From an uncultured delta proteobacterium (GTDB lineage: Bacteria > Myxococcota > Myxococcia > Myxococcales > Anaeromyxobacteraceae), in assembly GCA_963814585.1 (NCBI GenBank), contig CAWFDF010000014.1:513074-577073 (forward strand): DNA of 64,000 nucleotides, in the 5' to 3' direction. Every line of letters begins with the position of its first letter. Position 1 is the first letter of the stretch. Below the pieces are notes generated by a model, which saw nothing but the letters and a program-made list of their open reading frames with translations, did not search any database and had not been told where the DNA came from. Positions 34,427-44,969 of this stretch are shown one piece after another. The translations under genes were made by a program, and so were the position numbers.

Positions 34427-35665
34427 TCACTGCTCGACCTCGCCACCGATCATGTTGATGGAGTCGAACACCGGGACCAGGTCCGAGAGCAGCGCCCCCT
34501 GCAGGATGACGGGCAGGGCCGCCAGCATGGGCCAGCCGGGCGCGCGCAGCCCCAGCTTGTAGGGCCGGCCGCTGCCGTCCGAGACCAGGTAGAAGCCCAG
34601 CTCGCCGTTGGCCGCCTCGGTGTAGCCGTAGGCCTCGCCGGCGGGGACCTGGATCCCCTCCATGATGAGCTTGAAGTGGGCCATGACGCCCTCGATGCTC
34701 CCGTAGACCTCGGGCTTGGGCGGCAGCACGTAGCGGAAGTCGCGCACCACCAGCTCGCCGGGCGCCATGTCGCGGAAGCACTGTCGGATCATCCGGTCCG
34801 ACTGCTTCATCTCCTCGATGCGCATCAGGTAGCGGTCGAAGGTGTCGCCTCGGCTGCCCACCGGGACGTCGAAGTCGAGCCGGTCGTAGACCAGGTAGGG
34901 GGCTGCCTTGCGGAGGTCGTAGGGCTCGCCGGAGGCGCGCAGGCACGGGCCGCTGAAGCCGAGGTCGAGGGCGTCGGCGCGGCTCACCGTCCCCACGTCC
35001 CGGGTCCGGTCGACGAAGATGCGGTTGCGGGTGAGCAGGGCGTCGATCTCGTCGCGGATCAGCGCCACCCGGTCGAGCGTGGCGGCGGTCTTCTCGATCC
35101 AGCCCTCCGGCACGTCGCGGGCGACGCCGCCGATGCGGGCGTAGTTGGAGGTGAGCCGGGCGCCGCACAGCTCGGTGAGCCGGTCCCAGAGCAGATCGCG
35201 CCCCTCGATGGCGTAGAGGAAGACCGTCATGGCGCCCAGCTCGAGGCCGAGCGCGCCCACCAGCGTCAGGTGGTCGCAGACGCGGTGGATCTCGGAGGTG
35301 ATGGTGCGCAGGTACTGGGCCCGCTCGGGCACCTCCAGCTTGCAGAGCTTCTCGACGGCCAGGGCGAAGCCGACGTTGTTCATGATCGAGCTGACGTAGT
35401 TCAGCCGATCCGTGTAGGGGAAGCACTGGGTCCAGGTGACGCTCTCGCAGCTCTTCTCGAAGCCGCGGTGCAGGAAGCCGATGTCGAGCTTGCAGGAGGC
35501 GATGTTCTCGCCCTCCAGCTCGACCACGGCGCGCGCCGTCCCGTGCATGGCCGGGTGCGACGGCCCGAGGTTGACCAGCATGCGCTTCGACTTCAGCGGC
35601 GCGTCGAGCTCGCTGGAGCGCGCCGCCACCACCTGCCTCGATGCTTCCTTGACCTCGGTCGACAT
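34427..35665 (-). CDS. nuoD: NADH-quinone oxidoreductase subunit D
   Basis: NLGPSHPAMHG, GFLHRGFEK, DRLNY, GELGFY, GEVEQ. Confidence 0.95.
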   Translation of the reverse strand: MSTEVKEASRQVVAARSSELDAPLKSKRMLVNLGPSHPAMHGTARAVVELEGENIASCKLDIGFLHRGFEKSCESVTWTQCFPYTDRLNYVSSIMNNVGFALAVEKLCKLEVPERAQYLRTITSEIHRVCDHLTLVGALGLELGAMTVFLYAIEGRDLLWDRLTELCGARLTSNYARIGGVARDVPEGWIEKTAATLDRVALIRDEIDALLTRNRIFVDRTRDVGTVSRADALDLGFSGPCLRASGEPYDLRKAAPYLVYDRLDFDVPVGSRGDTFDRYLMRIEEMKQSDRMIRQCFRDMAPGELVVRDFRYVLPPKPEVYGSIEGVMAHFKLIMEGIQVPAGEAYGYTEAANGELGFYLVSDGSGRPYKLGLRAPGWPMLAALPVILQGALLSDLVPVFDSINMIGGEVEQ

Positions 35666-35710
35666 GGAACCTCGCCTGACGCCGTTCGCCGGCGCCGGTC
35701 CAGACTGCCG

Positions 35711-36256
35711 CTACTCGCTGCGCCGGGCCGGCCCCGGCCCGCGGAACTGCTCCTCCGGCACCTCGAGCTCCGTCACCAGGGGCTGCCGGCCGCGCAGCGG
35801 GTAGTCCTTGCGCAGCGGGTGGCCGACGAACTCGTCGTACATGTAGAGGCGGCGGTGATCGGGGTGGTCGGTGAAGCGGATGCCGTACATGTCGAAGCAG
35901 TACCGCTCGAACCAGTTGGCCCCGCGCCAGATCCCGCAGACGCTGGGGAGGACCGGATCCTCCTCCGGCACCTTGACGCGCAGCCGGACCCGCCAGTTCC
36001 TGGCGGTGGAGAGCAGGTTGTAGACCACCTCGAAGCGCGGCTCCTGCCCGAGGTAGTCCACCGCGGTGATGTATGGGGCCATGTTGAACTGCAGGCCCGG
36101 GTCGTCGCGCAGGAAGCGGCAGACCTCGACCAGCCGCTCCCGGGAGACGAAGGCGACGTCGTCGCCGCCCGCCCCCTGGTAGGCGCCGGTGACGCCGTCG
36201 CCCCGGACCGGATCCTTGAAGCGCTCGAGCAGCGCGTCGATGACGATCGTGGCCAT
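35711..36256 (-). CDS. nuoC: NADH-quinone oxidoreductase subunit C
   Basis: ITAVDY, ANWFER..FDMYGI.F..HPD.RR, GHPLRKDYP. Confidence 0.95.
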   Translation of the reverse strand: MATIVIDALLERFKDPVRGDGVTGAYQGAGGDDVAFVSRERLVEVCRFLRDDPGLQFNMAPYITAVDYLGQEPRFEVVYNLLSTARNWRVRLRVKVPEEDPVLPSVCGIWRGANWFERYCFDMYGIRFTDHPDHRRLYMYDEFVGHPLRKDYPLRGRQPLVTELEVPEEQFRGPGPARRSE

Positions 36257-36267
36257 GGAGTCCTCGC

Positions 36268-36822
36268 CTACCGGTGACCCGGCGCCTGCCCGAGCACGGG
36301 GAGCTGCGGGCCCTCGGTGAGCCGGTGGTGCTGCCCCTGGATCTTCGCCTGCAGCATCATGATCCCGTCGAGCACCTGCTCCGGCCGCGGCGGGCAGCCC
36401 GGCACGTAGACGTCGACGGGGATGATCCGGTCGATGCCCTGCACCGTGGCGTAGTTGTCGTAGAAGCCGCCCGAGGACGCGCAGACGCCGAAGGCCATCA
36501 CCCACTTCGGCTCGGAGATGCTCTCCCAGACGCGGCGAAGGATGGGGGCCTGCTTGCAGTTGACGGTCCCCACCACCATGAGCAGGTCGGCCTGGCGCGG
36601 CGAGAAGCGCGGCAGCGCGGCGCCGAAGCGATCCAGGTCGTAGCGGGCCGACGCCAGCGTCATGTACTCCATGCCGCAGCAGGCGGTGACGAACGGGTAC
36701 TGGAAGAGCGAGTACTTGCGCGCCCAGCCCAGCCCCTTGGAGACCATCTTCTCGAGCGCGCCCATGGCGTCGTCTCGGCGGGTCGGGATGATGCCAGGGA
36801 TGGCGTCGAGTTCCGTGGACAT
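36268..36822 (-). CDS. nuoB: NADH-quinone oxidoreductase subunit B
   Basis: [35 protein letters not shown]. Confidence 0.96.
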   Translation of the reverse strand: MSTELDAIPGIIPTRRDDAMGALEKMVSKGLGWARKYSLFQYPFVTACCGMEYMTLASARYDLDRFGAALPRFSPRQADLLMVVGTVNCKQAPILRRVWESISEPKWVMAFGVCASSGGFYDNYATVQGIDRIIPVDVYVPGCPPRPEQVLDGIMMLQAKIQGQHHRLTEGPQLPVLGQAPGHR

Positions 36823-36836
36823 GTCCGTGATCCCCC

Positions 36837-37205
36837 TCACTCGTTCCAGTCGATGACGCCCTTCTTCCAGACGTAGGCGAGGCCGACGACCAGGGTGGCC
36901 ACGAAGATCAGCATCTCCACGTAGCCGGCCCAGCCGAGCTCGGTGAAGATCACCGCCCAGGGGAAGAGGAAGACCGCCTCGATGTCGAAGACGATGAACA
37001 GCAGCGCCACCACGTAGAACTTGACGCCGAAGTGATCGCGGGCCGTGCCGACCGGCACCGAGCCGCACTCGAACGTGGACATCTTCGCCGGGTTCGGCCG
37101 GCGGGGCCCGAGCGTGTTGGCCAGCCCGAGGAGCAGGAAGGCCTGGCCGACGGCGACCAGCAGCACGAGACCGATCGGGAAGTAGGTCTGAAGGGGTGTG
37201 AGCAT
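36837..37205 (-). CDS. nuoA: NADH-quinone oxidoreductase subunit A
   Basis: FECG, FYVVALLFIVFDIE..FLFPWA, WKKG. Confidence 0.95.
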   Translation of the reverse strand: MLTPLQTYFPIGLVLLVAVGQAFLLLGLANTLGPRRPNPAKMSTFECGSVPVGTARDHFGVKFYVVALLFIVFDIEAVFLFPWAVIFTELGWAGYVEMLIFVATLVVGLAYVWKKGVIDWNE

Positions 37206-37276
37206 GGCTCTTCAGCTTTCGGGGTGGGTCATCCAAATGCCCGCCGCCATTGATTTCGTCAAGAGAATTCGGACGC

Positions 37277-37304
37277 TTGACAATGCGGTGACGATCAGTA
37301 GACT
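37277..37304 (+). promoter_or_regulatory. Sigma70-type promoter for the plus-strand nuo operon
   Basis: TTGACA-N16-TAGACT. Confidence 0.5.
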
Positions 37305-37349
37305 CCGCCCGCTTTTTCCAAGACCTACTTCTTCCGTGGGGTGCTCGTG

Positions 37350-37781
37350 ATGGGCTTCGAGTTCGGCGCCGTGCTGGTCTTCGCCGTCGTCGCCGTCGGC
37401 TTCGCCCTCGGCGGCATCACCGCCTCCAGGCTGGTCGGTCCCAGGATCCCCAGCGCCGACAAAAGCAGTATTTACGAGTGCGGCGAGCGACCCATCGGGG
37501 TCGCCTGGTTCAATTTCAACCCCCGCTTCTACCTCGTGGCCCTGGTCTTCGTTATCTTCGAGGTGGACATCGCCCTGACCTTCCCGGTGGTGGCGGTCTT
37601 CCGCAAGTGGACCGAGGCCAGCCCGATGCTGGCCTGGGTGGCGCTCCTCGAGCTGCTCCTCTTCGTCGCCATCCTGGTGGTCGGCCTGGCCTGGGTCTGG
37701 GCCAAGGGCGACCTGGAGTGGGTGAAGACGCTGAACCCCACCACCGGGCACCAGGACGCCCCGCAGCGGCGCGCCGCCTGA
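37350..37781 (+). CDS. nuoA: NADH-quinone oxidoreductase subunit A (second operon)
   Basis: [27 protein letters not shown]. Confidence 0.93.
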   Translation: MGFEFGAVLVFAVVAVGFALGGITASRLVGPRIPSADKSSIYECGERPIGVAWFNFNPRFYLVALVFVIFEVDIALTFPVVAVFRKWTEASPMLAWVALLELLLFVAILVVGLAWVWAKGDLEWVKTLNPTTGHQDAPQRRAA

Positions 37782-37813
37782 CGCCCGACGGCGACCGGGG
37801 AAGGGAGAAGCAC

Positions 37814-38332
37814 ATGGCGACCAAGCAGGACTCGGGAATCGGCGGCGACGTCACCCTCTTCCACACCAGCCAGCTCGACCGGCTCATCAACATGGCCCGG
37901 GAGAGCTCGCTCTGGTACCTGCTCTTCGGCCTGGCCTGCTGCGGCATCGAGCTGATCCAGACCGGCGGGCCGCGCGCCGACATCATGCGCTTCGGCGCCA
38001 TCCCGCGCGCCTCGCCCCGCCAGGCCGACTTCATGATCGTGGCCGGCACGCTCACCTACAAGATGGCGGAGCGGGCCAAGCTGCTCCACGCCCAGATGTC
38101 CGAGCCCAAGTACGTCATCTCCATGGGCTCCTGCGCCAACTGCGGCGGCCTCTTCCAGTACGCCTACTCGGTCTGCAAGGGCGTCGACAAGATGTTCCCG
38201 GTGGACGTCTACGTGCCGGGCTGCCCGCCCCGCCCCGAGGCGCTGACCGAGGGGCTGATCAGGTTGCAGGAGCTGGTTCGCAACGAGCGGTGGACCGACA
38301 AGCGGCGAGCGCCTCCGGTCACCGCGGTGTGA
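37814..38332 (+). CDS. nuoB: NADH-quinone oxidoreductase subunit B (second operon)
   Basis: [32 protein letters not shown]. Confidence 0.95.
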   Translation: MATKQDSGIGGDVTLFHTSQLDRLINMARESSLWYLLFGLACCGIELIQTGGPRADIMRFGAIPRASPRQADFMIVAGTLTYKMAERAKLLHAQMSEPKYVISMGSCANCGGLFQYAYSVCKGVDKMFPVDVYVPGCPPRPEALTEGLIRLQELVRNERWTDKRRAPPVTAV

Positions 38333-38440
38333 TGTAGCAGGGGATTGGCAGTCCAGGACGACCCGTCCGGAACAGGACGGGGGACGGGGCGAGGGTTCGC
38401 GCAGAGCGATCCGCTCGCCCCTGTTGCACCAGGGAGCGAA

Positions 38441-39094
38441 ATGACGACCAGCGAGATCCACGAAAGGCTCAAGGCGCGCTTCGGCGACGACGTCGGGGCG
38501 CCCTCCGCGACCAAGGGCGACCCCTGGCTGCCGGTGACGGCGGCGAGGCTGGTCGAGGTCTGCGCCTTCTTGAAGTCCGAAGCCGGCCTCGACTTCGACC
38601 TCTGCGAGGATCTCACCGCCGTCGACTGGCCCAAGCGCAACGTCATCGAGGTGGTGATCCACCTGCTCTCGCTGAAGCACCGCCACGCCGTGAAGCTCAA
38701 GGTGGACGCCGACCGCGCCCACCCGGTGGTGCCCTCGCTCACCGCGGTCTGGAAGGGCGCCGACTGGTTCGAGCGCGAGGTCTACGATCTCTTCGGCGTC
38801 ACCTTCACCGGCCACCCCGACCTGCGCCGCATCATGCTGCCGGACGACTGGGTCGGCCACCCGCTCCTCAAGGACTACCAGGAGGCCGGCGGCTGGCACG
38901 GCATCGGCAACGAGCGCGAGAATCCGCTGGTCGAGCTGAAGCGGCTGGACGACGTGGCCCGGGCCGCGCTCCCCAAGCCGCCGCCACCGCCGGCCCCGCC
39001 TCCTCCCGCCCCGGTCGCGCCCCCGGCGCCCGCCACCCCCGCCGCGCCCGCCGCGCCCGCCGCGCCCGCCGCGCCCGCCGCACCCAAGGCCTGA
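38441..39094 (+). CDS. nuoC: NADH-quinone oxidoreductase subunit C (second operon; Pro/Ala tail)
   Basis: LTAVDW, ADWFEREVYDLFG..F.GHPDLRRI, GHPLLKDY. Confidence 0.94.
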   Translation: MTTSEIHERLKARFGDDVGAPSATKGDPWLPVTAARLVEVCAFLKSEAGLDFDLCEDLTAVDWPKRNVIEVVIHLLSLKHRHAVKLKVDADRAHPVVPSLTAVWKGADWFEREVYDLFGVTFTGHPDLRRIMLPDDWVGHPLLKDYQEAGGWHGIGNERENPLVELKRLDDVARAALPKPPPPPAPPPPAPVAPPAPATPAAPAAPAAPAAPAAPKA

Positions 39095-39106
39095 TCGGAG
39101 GACCTC

Positions 39107-40258
39107 ATGGAAAAGCTCATCCTCCGCCGCGTCGACCGCAACAACGAGGAGATGATCCTCAACTTCGGTCCCCAGCACCCCTCCACCCACGGCGTCATCA
39201 ACTTCATCGTGGAGACCGATGGCGAGGTGCTGCGCAAGGCCGTCCCCGACGTCGGCTACCTGCACCGCTCCATCGAGAAGATCGGCGAGAGCACCGGCTA
39301 CCACGGCTTCATGCCGTACACCGATCGCATCGACTACGTGGCGGCCATGTTCCCCAACGAGGGGTACGCCACGGTCGTGGAGCGGCTCTGCGGCATCCAG
39401 GTGCCGAAGCGGGCCCAGTACCTGCGGGCCATCTCCTGCGAGCTCTGCCGCATCGCCAGCCACCTCGTCTCCATCGGCACCATGACCATGGACATCGGCG
39501 CCTTCACGCCGATGATCCACGGCATCCGCGAGCGCGAGACCATCAACGACCTCATCGAGGCGCTCTGCGGGGCGCGGCTCACCTACAACTACCACCGCAT
39601 CGGCGGCGTGGCCTTCGACATGCCGGAGGGGTGGCGCGACCAGACGCTGGCCTTCCTCGACCACTTCGACAAGTTCCTGGTCGAGTTCGACCGCCTCATC
39701 AGCTTCAACGAGATCTACGTCCGGCGGCTGGCCAACGTGGCGGTCATCCCCGGCCCCATGGCCATCGAGTACGGCCTCTCCGGCCCCAACCTGCGCGGCT
39801 CCGGCGTCGACTTCGACCTGCGCAAGGCCATGCCCTACGGCGTCTACCCGGAGTTCGAGTTCGAGGTGCCGGTGGGCAAGGGGATGTTCGGCACCGTGGG
39901 CGACTGCTTCGACCGGTACATCTGCCGCACCCGCGAGATGGGCGAGTCCTCCAAGATCGTGAGGCAGGCGCTCGACCTCATCCAGCAGGCGCCGGAGGGC
40001 GACATCCTCGCCCCCAAGGTCGCCCGCAACCTGAAGGTGGAGGCCGGCGAGGCGCTCTCCCGCGTCGAGTCGGCGCGCGGCGAGATGGCCTTCTACCTGG
40101 TGGCCGACGGCACCAACAAGGCCTGGCGCGTCCGCACCCGCACCGGGTCGTTCACCGCCATGGGGATCATCGAGGCCATCAGCCCCGGCCTGATGGTGGC
40201 CGACCTGGTGGCCCTCATCGCCTCCCTGGACGTCGTCGCCCCGGAGATCGACCGCTAA
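39107..40258 (+). CDS. nuoD: NADH-quinone oxidoreductase subunit D (second operon)
   Basis: [37 protein letters not shown]. Confidence 0.96.
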   Translation: MEKLILRRVDRNNEEMILNFGPQHPSTHGVINFIVETDGEVLRKAVPDVGYLHRSIEKIGESTGYHGFMPYTDRIDYVAAMFPNEGYATVVERLCGIQVPKRAQYLRAISCELCRIASHLVSIGTMTMDIGAFTPMIHGIRERETINDLIEALCGARLTYNYHRIGGVAFDMPEGWRDQTLAFLDHFDKFLVEFDRLISFNEIYVRRLANVAVIPGPMAIEYGLSGPNLRGSGVDFDLRKAMPYGVYPEFEFEVPVGKGMFGTVGDCFDRYICRTREMGESSKIVRQALDLIQQAPEGDILAPKVARNLKVEAGEALSRVESARGEMAFYLVADGTNKAWRVRTRTGSFTAMGIIEAISPGLMVADLVALIASLDVVAPEIDR

Positions 40259-41628
40259 TGCTCGAGAACCCCCAGCGCAAGCCCATCCCGCCCCGCGCCG
40301 TCCTGCTCATCACCCTGGCCGTGGGGATCCTGCTGTTCGGCGCCCTCTTCACGCTGATCCTGGTGCTCTCGGCGGCCACCAAGCCGCTGGTGATCAACGC
40401 CCTCATCCGGCAGGCCGTCGGGGTCGACCCGGCCACCTGGCCCTACACCACGCTGGTCACCTGGGCCGGGGTGGCCGTCATGGCCCTCATCCTCCTGACC
40501 TTCGGCGCCGTCATCTCCGGCACGACCGTCTGGTGGGAGATGCGGGTCAGCTCGCGCATGCAGAGCCGCATCGGCTACAACCGCGCCGGCGCCGGCGGCT
40601 TCCTCCAGTGGATCGCCGACGCGGTCAAGCTCCTCTTCAAGGAGGATCTCATCCCGGCCGAGGCCGACCGGATGCTCTTCCGCGTCGCCCCCTACTTCGT
40701 CATGACCGGCTTCGCGCTCACCTTCGTGGCGCTGCCCTTCGGCGAGAGCCTGATCGCCGCCGACCTGAACGTCGGCATCTTCTACCTGGTCTCGGTCACC
40801 GCCCTGGTGGTGGTCGGCATCCTCATCGCCGGCTGGTCCTCCAACTCCAAGTGGGCGCTCTTCGGCGGCATGCGCTCGGCCGCCCAGGTGGTGAGCTACG
40901 AGATCCCGGCCGGCCTCGCCGTCATGGTGCCGATCCTGATGGCCGGGACGCTCTCCATGCAGGGGATCATCCGGGCCCAGGGGCCGTGGCCCTGGCAGTG
41001 GTTCCTCTTCACCAACCCGGCCGCCTCGCTGGCCTTCTTCGTCTTCTTCATCTCGCAGCTGGCCGAGGGCAACCGCACCCCGTTCGACCTCCCCGAGGCC
41101 GAGTCGGAGCTGGTGGCCGGCTACCTCTCCGAGTACTCGGGCTTCCGCTTCGCCATCTTCTTCCTCGTCGAGTTCGGCAACCTCTGGGTGATGGGCGCCA
41201 TCGCCTCCACGCTCTTCCTGGGCGGCTGGCAGATCCCGTTCGTCGGCCCCGAGACCTGGGCGGCCGCCCGGGGGACGGGCGACCTCCCCGGCGCCACCTG
41301 GTGGGGGCTGCAGGTCCTCTCCATGCTGGTGATGGTGGTGAAGACCATCGTCGTCCTCAACCTCATCGTCTGGGTCCGCTGGACGCTGCCGCGCATCCGC
41401 ATCGACCAGATGATGAACCTCTGCTGGAAGTACCTGGTCCCGTTCGGCTTCGTGGGCTTCGTCTTCACGCTGTTCTGGCAGGTGCTGGTGGCGCGCGTGC
41501 CGGCCCTCTCCCTGATCTCCGGCGTGGTGCTCTTCGGCGCCTTCGTGGTGGTGGGAGCGCTCTTCGTCCGCCAGACCAGGGCCAACATCGCCGCTGCCGG
41601 CGACCACGTCGACATGACCAACTGGTGA
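40258..41628 (+). CDS. nuoH: NADH-quinone oxidoreductase subunit H (second operon)
   Basis: MQSRIG.N, ADAVKLLFKED, RSAAQVVSYE, NRTPFDLPEAESELVAG, LPRIRIDQ. Confidence 0.95.
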   Translation: MLENPQRKPIPPRAVLLITLAVGILLFGALFTLILVLSAATKPLVINALIRQAVGVDPATWPYTTLVTWAGVAVMALILLTFGAVISGTTVWWEMRVSSRMQSRIGYNRAGAGGFLQWIADAVKLLFKEDLIPAEADRMLFRVAPYFVMTGFALTFVALPFGESLIAADLNVGIFYLVSVTALVVVGILIAGWSSNSKWALFGGMRSAAQVVSYEIPAGLAVMVPILMAGTLSMQGIIRAQGPWPWQWFLFTNPAASLAFFVFFISQLAEGNRTPFDLPEAESELVAGYLSEYSGFRFAIFFLVEFGNLWVMGAIASTLFLGGWQIPFVGPETWAAARGTGDLPGATWWGLQVLSMLVMVVKTIVVLNLIVWVRWTLPRIRIDQMMNLCWKYLVPFGFVGFVFTLFWQVLVARVPALSLISGVVLFGAFVVVGALFVRQTRANIAAAGDHVDMTNW

Positions 41629-41639
41629 CCGGAGCCACC

Positions 41640-42374
41640 ATGATGACGCCGAACACGTACGCGGGTGGTTTCAGGAAGACGGCCGTCTCCTTCTGGCACG
41701 GGCTCTCCATCACCATGTCCCACCTCTTCCGCCGGCCCTCGACGGTCCAGTACCCGGACCGCACGCGGCTGCCGGTGCGCGACATGCTGCCGCCGCGGTA
41801 CCGCGGCTTCCTCGAGGTGGACGTCTCCATCTGCACGGGCTGCCAGGCCTGCGAGCGGGCCTGCCCCATCGCCTGCATGCAGATCACGCTGGAGAAGGAT
41901 CCCGCCAATCCGAAGCAGCGGCTGGTGACCCAGTTCGACATCGACGAGGCCAAGTGCATGTACTGCGGCCTCTGCGTCGAGCCCTGCCCCACCGGCTCCA
42001 TCCAGCACACCCGCGAGTTCGAGGCCTCGATGCGGAACATCCGCAACCTGGTCTTCCGGTGGGCCGACCCGCTCAAGCCCTTCCCCGTCTACAAGGTGGA
42101 GAAGGGGGCGGAGTACTTCCCGCGGGCGCCGCTCGGCTCGCTGGTGCGCGCCAAGCTCGACGCCATCCGCTGGGACGCACCGGCCGTGCAGTACCTGCCA
42201 CCCGCCCCACCCGCCCCTGCCGCGGCCCCCGCCCCGGCCCCCGCCCCGGCCCCTGCCGCAGCCCCCGCCCCGGCCCCTGCCGCAGCCCCTGCCCGGCCCC
42301 TGCCGCAGCCCCTGTCGCGGCCCCCGCCGCGGCCCCTCCCTCCAACCCCGAGTCGAAGTAGGAGCCCCCGATGA
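41640..42374 (+). CDS. nuoI: NADH-quinone oxidoreductase subunit I (second operon; Pro/Ala repeat tail, probable indel, true stop may be 42361)
   Basis: TVQYPD, CTGCQACERACP, CMYCGLCVEPCP. Confidence 0.92.
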   Translation: MMTPNTYAGGFRKTAVSFWHGLSITMSHLFRRPSTVQYPDRTRLPVRDMLPPRYRGFLEVDVSICTGCQACERACPIACMQITLEKDPANPKQRLVTQFDIDEAKCMYCGLCVEPCPTGSIQHTREFEASMRNIRNLVFRWADPLKPFPVYKVEKGAEYFPRAPLGSLVRAKLDAIRWDAPAVQYLPPAPPAPAAAPAPAPAPAPAAAPAPAPAAAPARPLPQPLSRPPPRPLPPTPSRSRSPR

Positions 42375-43006
42375 CGCAGACCACGGGCAAGATCCTCGGC
42401 TGGATCGCCGGCACCGCCGTCGCCATCGGCTTCGTGGTGGTGATGGGGCAGCTCGCCATCCGCCCCGCCGCCCAGGCCATGGCCCACGCCGAGCCGATTC
42501 CCGCCGGCCTCTCCGACGTCCTCTTCTACGTCATCGCCGGACTGACCATCGCCGGCGCCGCCGGCGTGGCCCTCTCGCACAACATCCTCTACAGCGCCAT
42601 CGGCCTGCTGGCCGCGCTGCTCGGGGTGGGGGCGCTCTACGTCTTCCTGGCGGCCGACTTCCTCGCCGTCACCCAGCTGCTGGTCTACATCGGCGGCGTG
42701 CTGGTGCTGGTGCTCTTCGCGGTGATGCTGACCAACCGGATCACCGAGATCACGGTCTCCAACGCCAGCCTCGGGCTGTGGGGCGGGCTGATGCTCTTCG
42801 TGGCGGTGGCCCCGGTGCTGCTGGCGGTGGCCCTGGTCACGCCGTGGGCAACCATCACCCCGGCCGCCGCCGCCTACACCACCGAGACCATCGGCGACAG
42901 CCTGCTCACCCGGTGGCTGCTGCCGTTCGAGGTCGCCTCCATGGTGCTGCTGGCCACCCTGGTCGGCGCCATCGTCATCGCTCGCAAGGAGATCAAGGCC
43001 GACTGA
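42371..43006 (+). CDS. nuoJ: NADH-quinone oxidoreductase subunit J
   Basis: ADFLAVTQLLVYIGGVLVLVLFAVML, LPFEVAS.LL..LVGAI. Confidence 0.94.
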   Translation: MTQTTGKILGWIAGTAVAIGFVVVMGQLAIRPAAQAMAHAEPIPAGLSDVLFYVIAGLTIAGAAGVALSHNILYSAIGLLAALLGVGALYVFLAADFLAVTQLLVYIGGVLVLVLFAVMLTNRITEITVSNASLGLWGGLMLFVAVAPVLLAVALVTPWATITPAAAAYTTETIGDSLLTRWLLPFEVASMVLLATLVGAIVIARKEIKAD

Positions 43007-43056
43007 CCTTCGGGCCGGTCCCACCTTCCGGCCGCGCGTCGGCCCTGGAGACACCC

Positions 43057-43365
43057 ATGCAGATCTCCCTCTCTCACTTCCTCATCGTCGGCGCGCTGCT
43101 CTTCTGCTTCGGCCTGGTGACCGTCACCACCCGGCGCAACGCCGTCGGCGTGCTGATGGGCGTCGAGCTCATCCTCAACGGCGCCAACGTCAACTTCGCG
43201 GCCTTCAACCACTACGTGGTGGGCGGCGTCTCCGGGCAGGTCTTCGCCCTCTTCGTCATCGTGCTGGCCGCGGCCGAGGCCGCGGTCGGCCTGGCCATCG
43301 TCCTGGCCGTCTTCCAGACCTTCAAGACCATCGACGTCCGCTACGCGGACCTGATGCGGGAGTGA
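43057..43365 (+). CDS. nuoK: NADH-quinone oxidoreductase subunit K
   Basis: RRN..LMGVELILN, AAAEAAVGLAI. Confidence 0.96.
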   Translation: MQISLSHFLIVGALLFCFGLVTVTTRRNAVGVLMGVELILNGANVNFAAFNHYVVGGVSGQVFALFVIVLAAAEAAVGLAIVLAVFQTFKTIDVRYADLMRE

Positions 43366-43366
43366 C

Positions 43367-44969
43367 ATGGGACACGAATCCACCCAACTGGTGCCGGTGG
43401 TGGTGACGCACGCCGCCTGGCTGTGGCTCATCCCGCTCTTCCCCCTGGTCGGGGCGACCATCAACGCCTTCATCGGCTGGAAGCTCCAGGGCCTGTTCGG
43501 CGAGCCGAGGTCGATGAAGGGCGGCCGCGGCAAGCAGCTGGTCCACTCCATCGCCGTGGCCGCCATGATGGCGTCCTTCGCGGTGGCCGTGTACTCCTTC
43601 CTCCAGCTCACGGCCCTGCCCGCCGAGGAGCGCCACCTCCAGCAGACGCTCTGGAACATGTTCACCGCCGGAAGGCTCTCGGTGGACCTGGCGTTCTCGA
43701 TCGACCAGCTCTCCATGGTGATGGTGCTGGTCATCACCGGCATCGGGATGCTGATCCACGTCTTCTCGATCGGCTACATGGCGGAGGAGCCGGCCTACTG
43801 GCGCTTCTTCAGCTACCTGAACCTCTTCGTCTTCGCCATGCTGCTGCTGGTGATGGGCGACAACTTCGCGGTGATGTTCTTCGGCTGGGAGGGCGTGGGC
43901 CTGGCCTCCTACCTGCTCATCGCCTTCTGGTACACCGATCCGGAGAAGGCCGCGGCCGGCATGAAGGCCTTCGTCGTCAACCGCTTCGGCGACTTCGGCT
44001 TCATCATCGGGCTGATGCTGCTCTTCTGGGGGCTCGGCGGCGCCTGGGAGGCGCGCCAGGGCTACCTGCGCACCACCGACTTCGTCCCCACCGTGGAGAT
44101 GAACACCATGGCGGGCGCCTCCACCGCCGCCGACTCGGAGGCGCTGGCGCCGCGGGTGAACGGCGTGAAGGTCGGCCCCACCATGAGCTTCCGCGAGCTG
44201 CGGGACCAGGTGGTCATCGAGTCGACCGGCGTGAAGGAGCACCTCGCCACCAAGACCGTGTGGGGCGTCTCGCTGCTCACCCTCATCGGCATGCTGCTGT
44301 TCGTCGGCGCCATGGGCAAGTCGGCCCAGCTCCCGCTCTACGTCTGGCTCCCCGACGCCATGGCCGGCCCCACCCCGGTCTCGGCCCTCATCCACGCCGC
44401 CACCATGGTCACCGCCGGCGTCTACATGGTGGCCCGGCTCAACTTCCTCTTCGTGCTGTCGCCCAGCGCCATGGGCTGGGTGGCGCTGATCGGCGCGCTC
44501 ACCGCCATCTTCGCCGCCACCATCGGGTTCTTCCAGTACGACATCAAGAAGGTGCTGGCCTACTCGACGGTGTCGCAGCTGGGCTTCATGTTCATCGGCG
44601 TCGGCACCGGGGCCTACTGGGCCGGCATCTACCACCTGATGACCCATGCCTTCTTCAAGGCCACGCTCTTCCTCGGGTCGGGTTCGGTGATCCTCGGCTG
44701 CCACCACGAGCAGGACATGCGGAAGATGGGCGGGCTGAAGCAGCACATGCCCATCACGCGGTGGACCTACCTGATCGCCACCATCGCCATCGCCGGCTTC
44801 CCCATCGCCAACGGCTTCTACTCGAAGGACGAGATCCTCTGGAAGGCCTTCACCAGCCACCACCTGGCCCTCTTCGGGCAGCCGACGCCGTGGCTGGGAC
44901 CGGTCATCTACGTCATCGGCCTGATCGCCGCCACCGGCACCTCCTTCTACATGTACCGCTCGTACTACA
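43367..44969 (+). CDS. nuoL: NADH-quinone oxidoreductase subunit L, truncated at the junction
   Basis: GWEGVGLASYLLI, NRFGD, KSAQLPL..WLPDAMAGPTPVSALIHAATMV, HAFFKA, SKDEI; homology stops after FYMYRSYY. Confidence 0.95.

Noticed and set aside
42180..42350. Pro/Ala repeats at the ends of nuoI2 (and nuoC2, 38970-39090) as a separate element
   Set aside because: In-frame low-complexity tails typical of this GC-rich genome.
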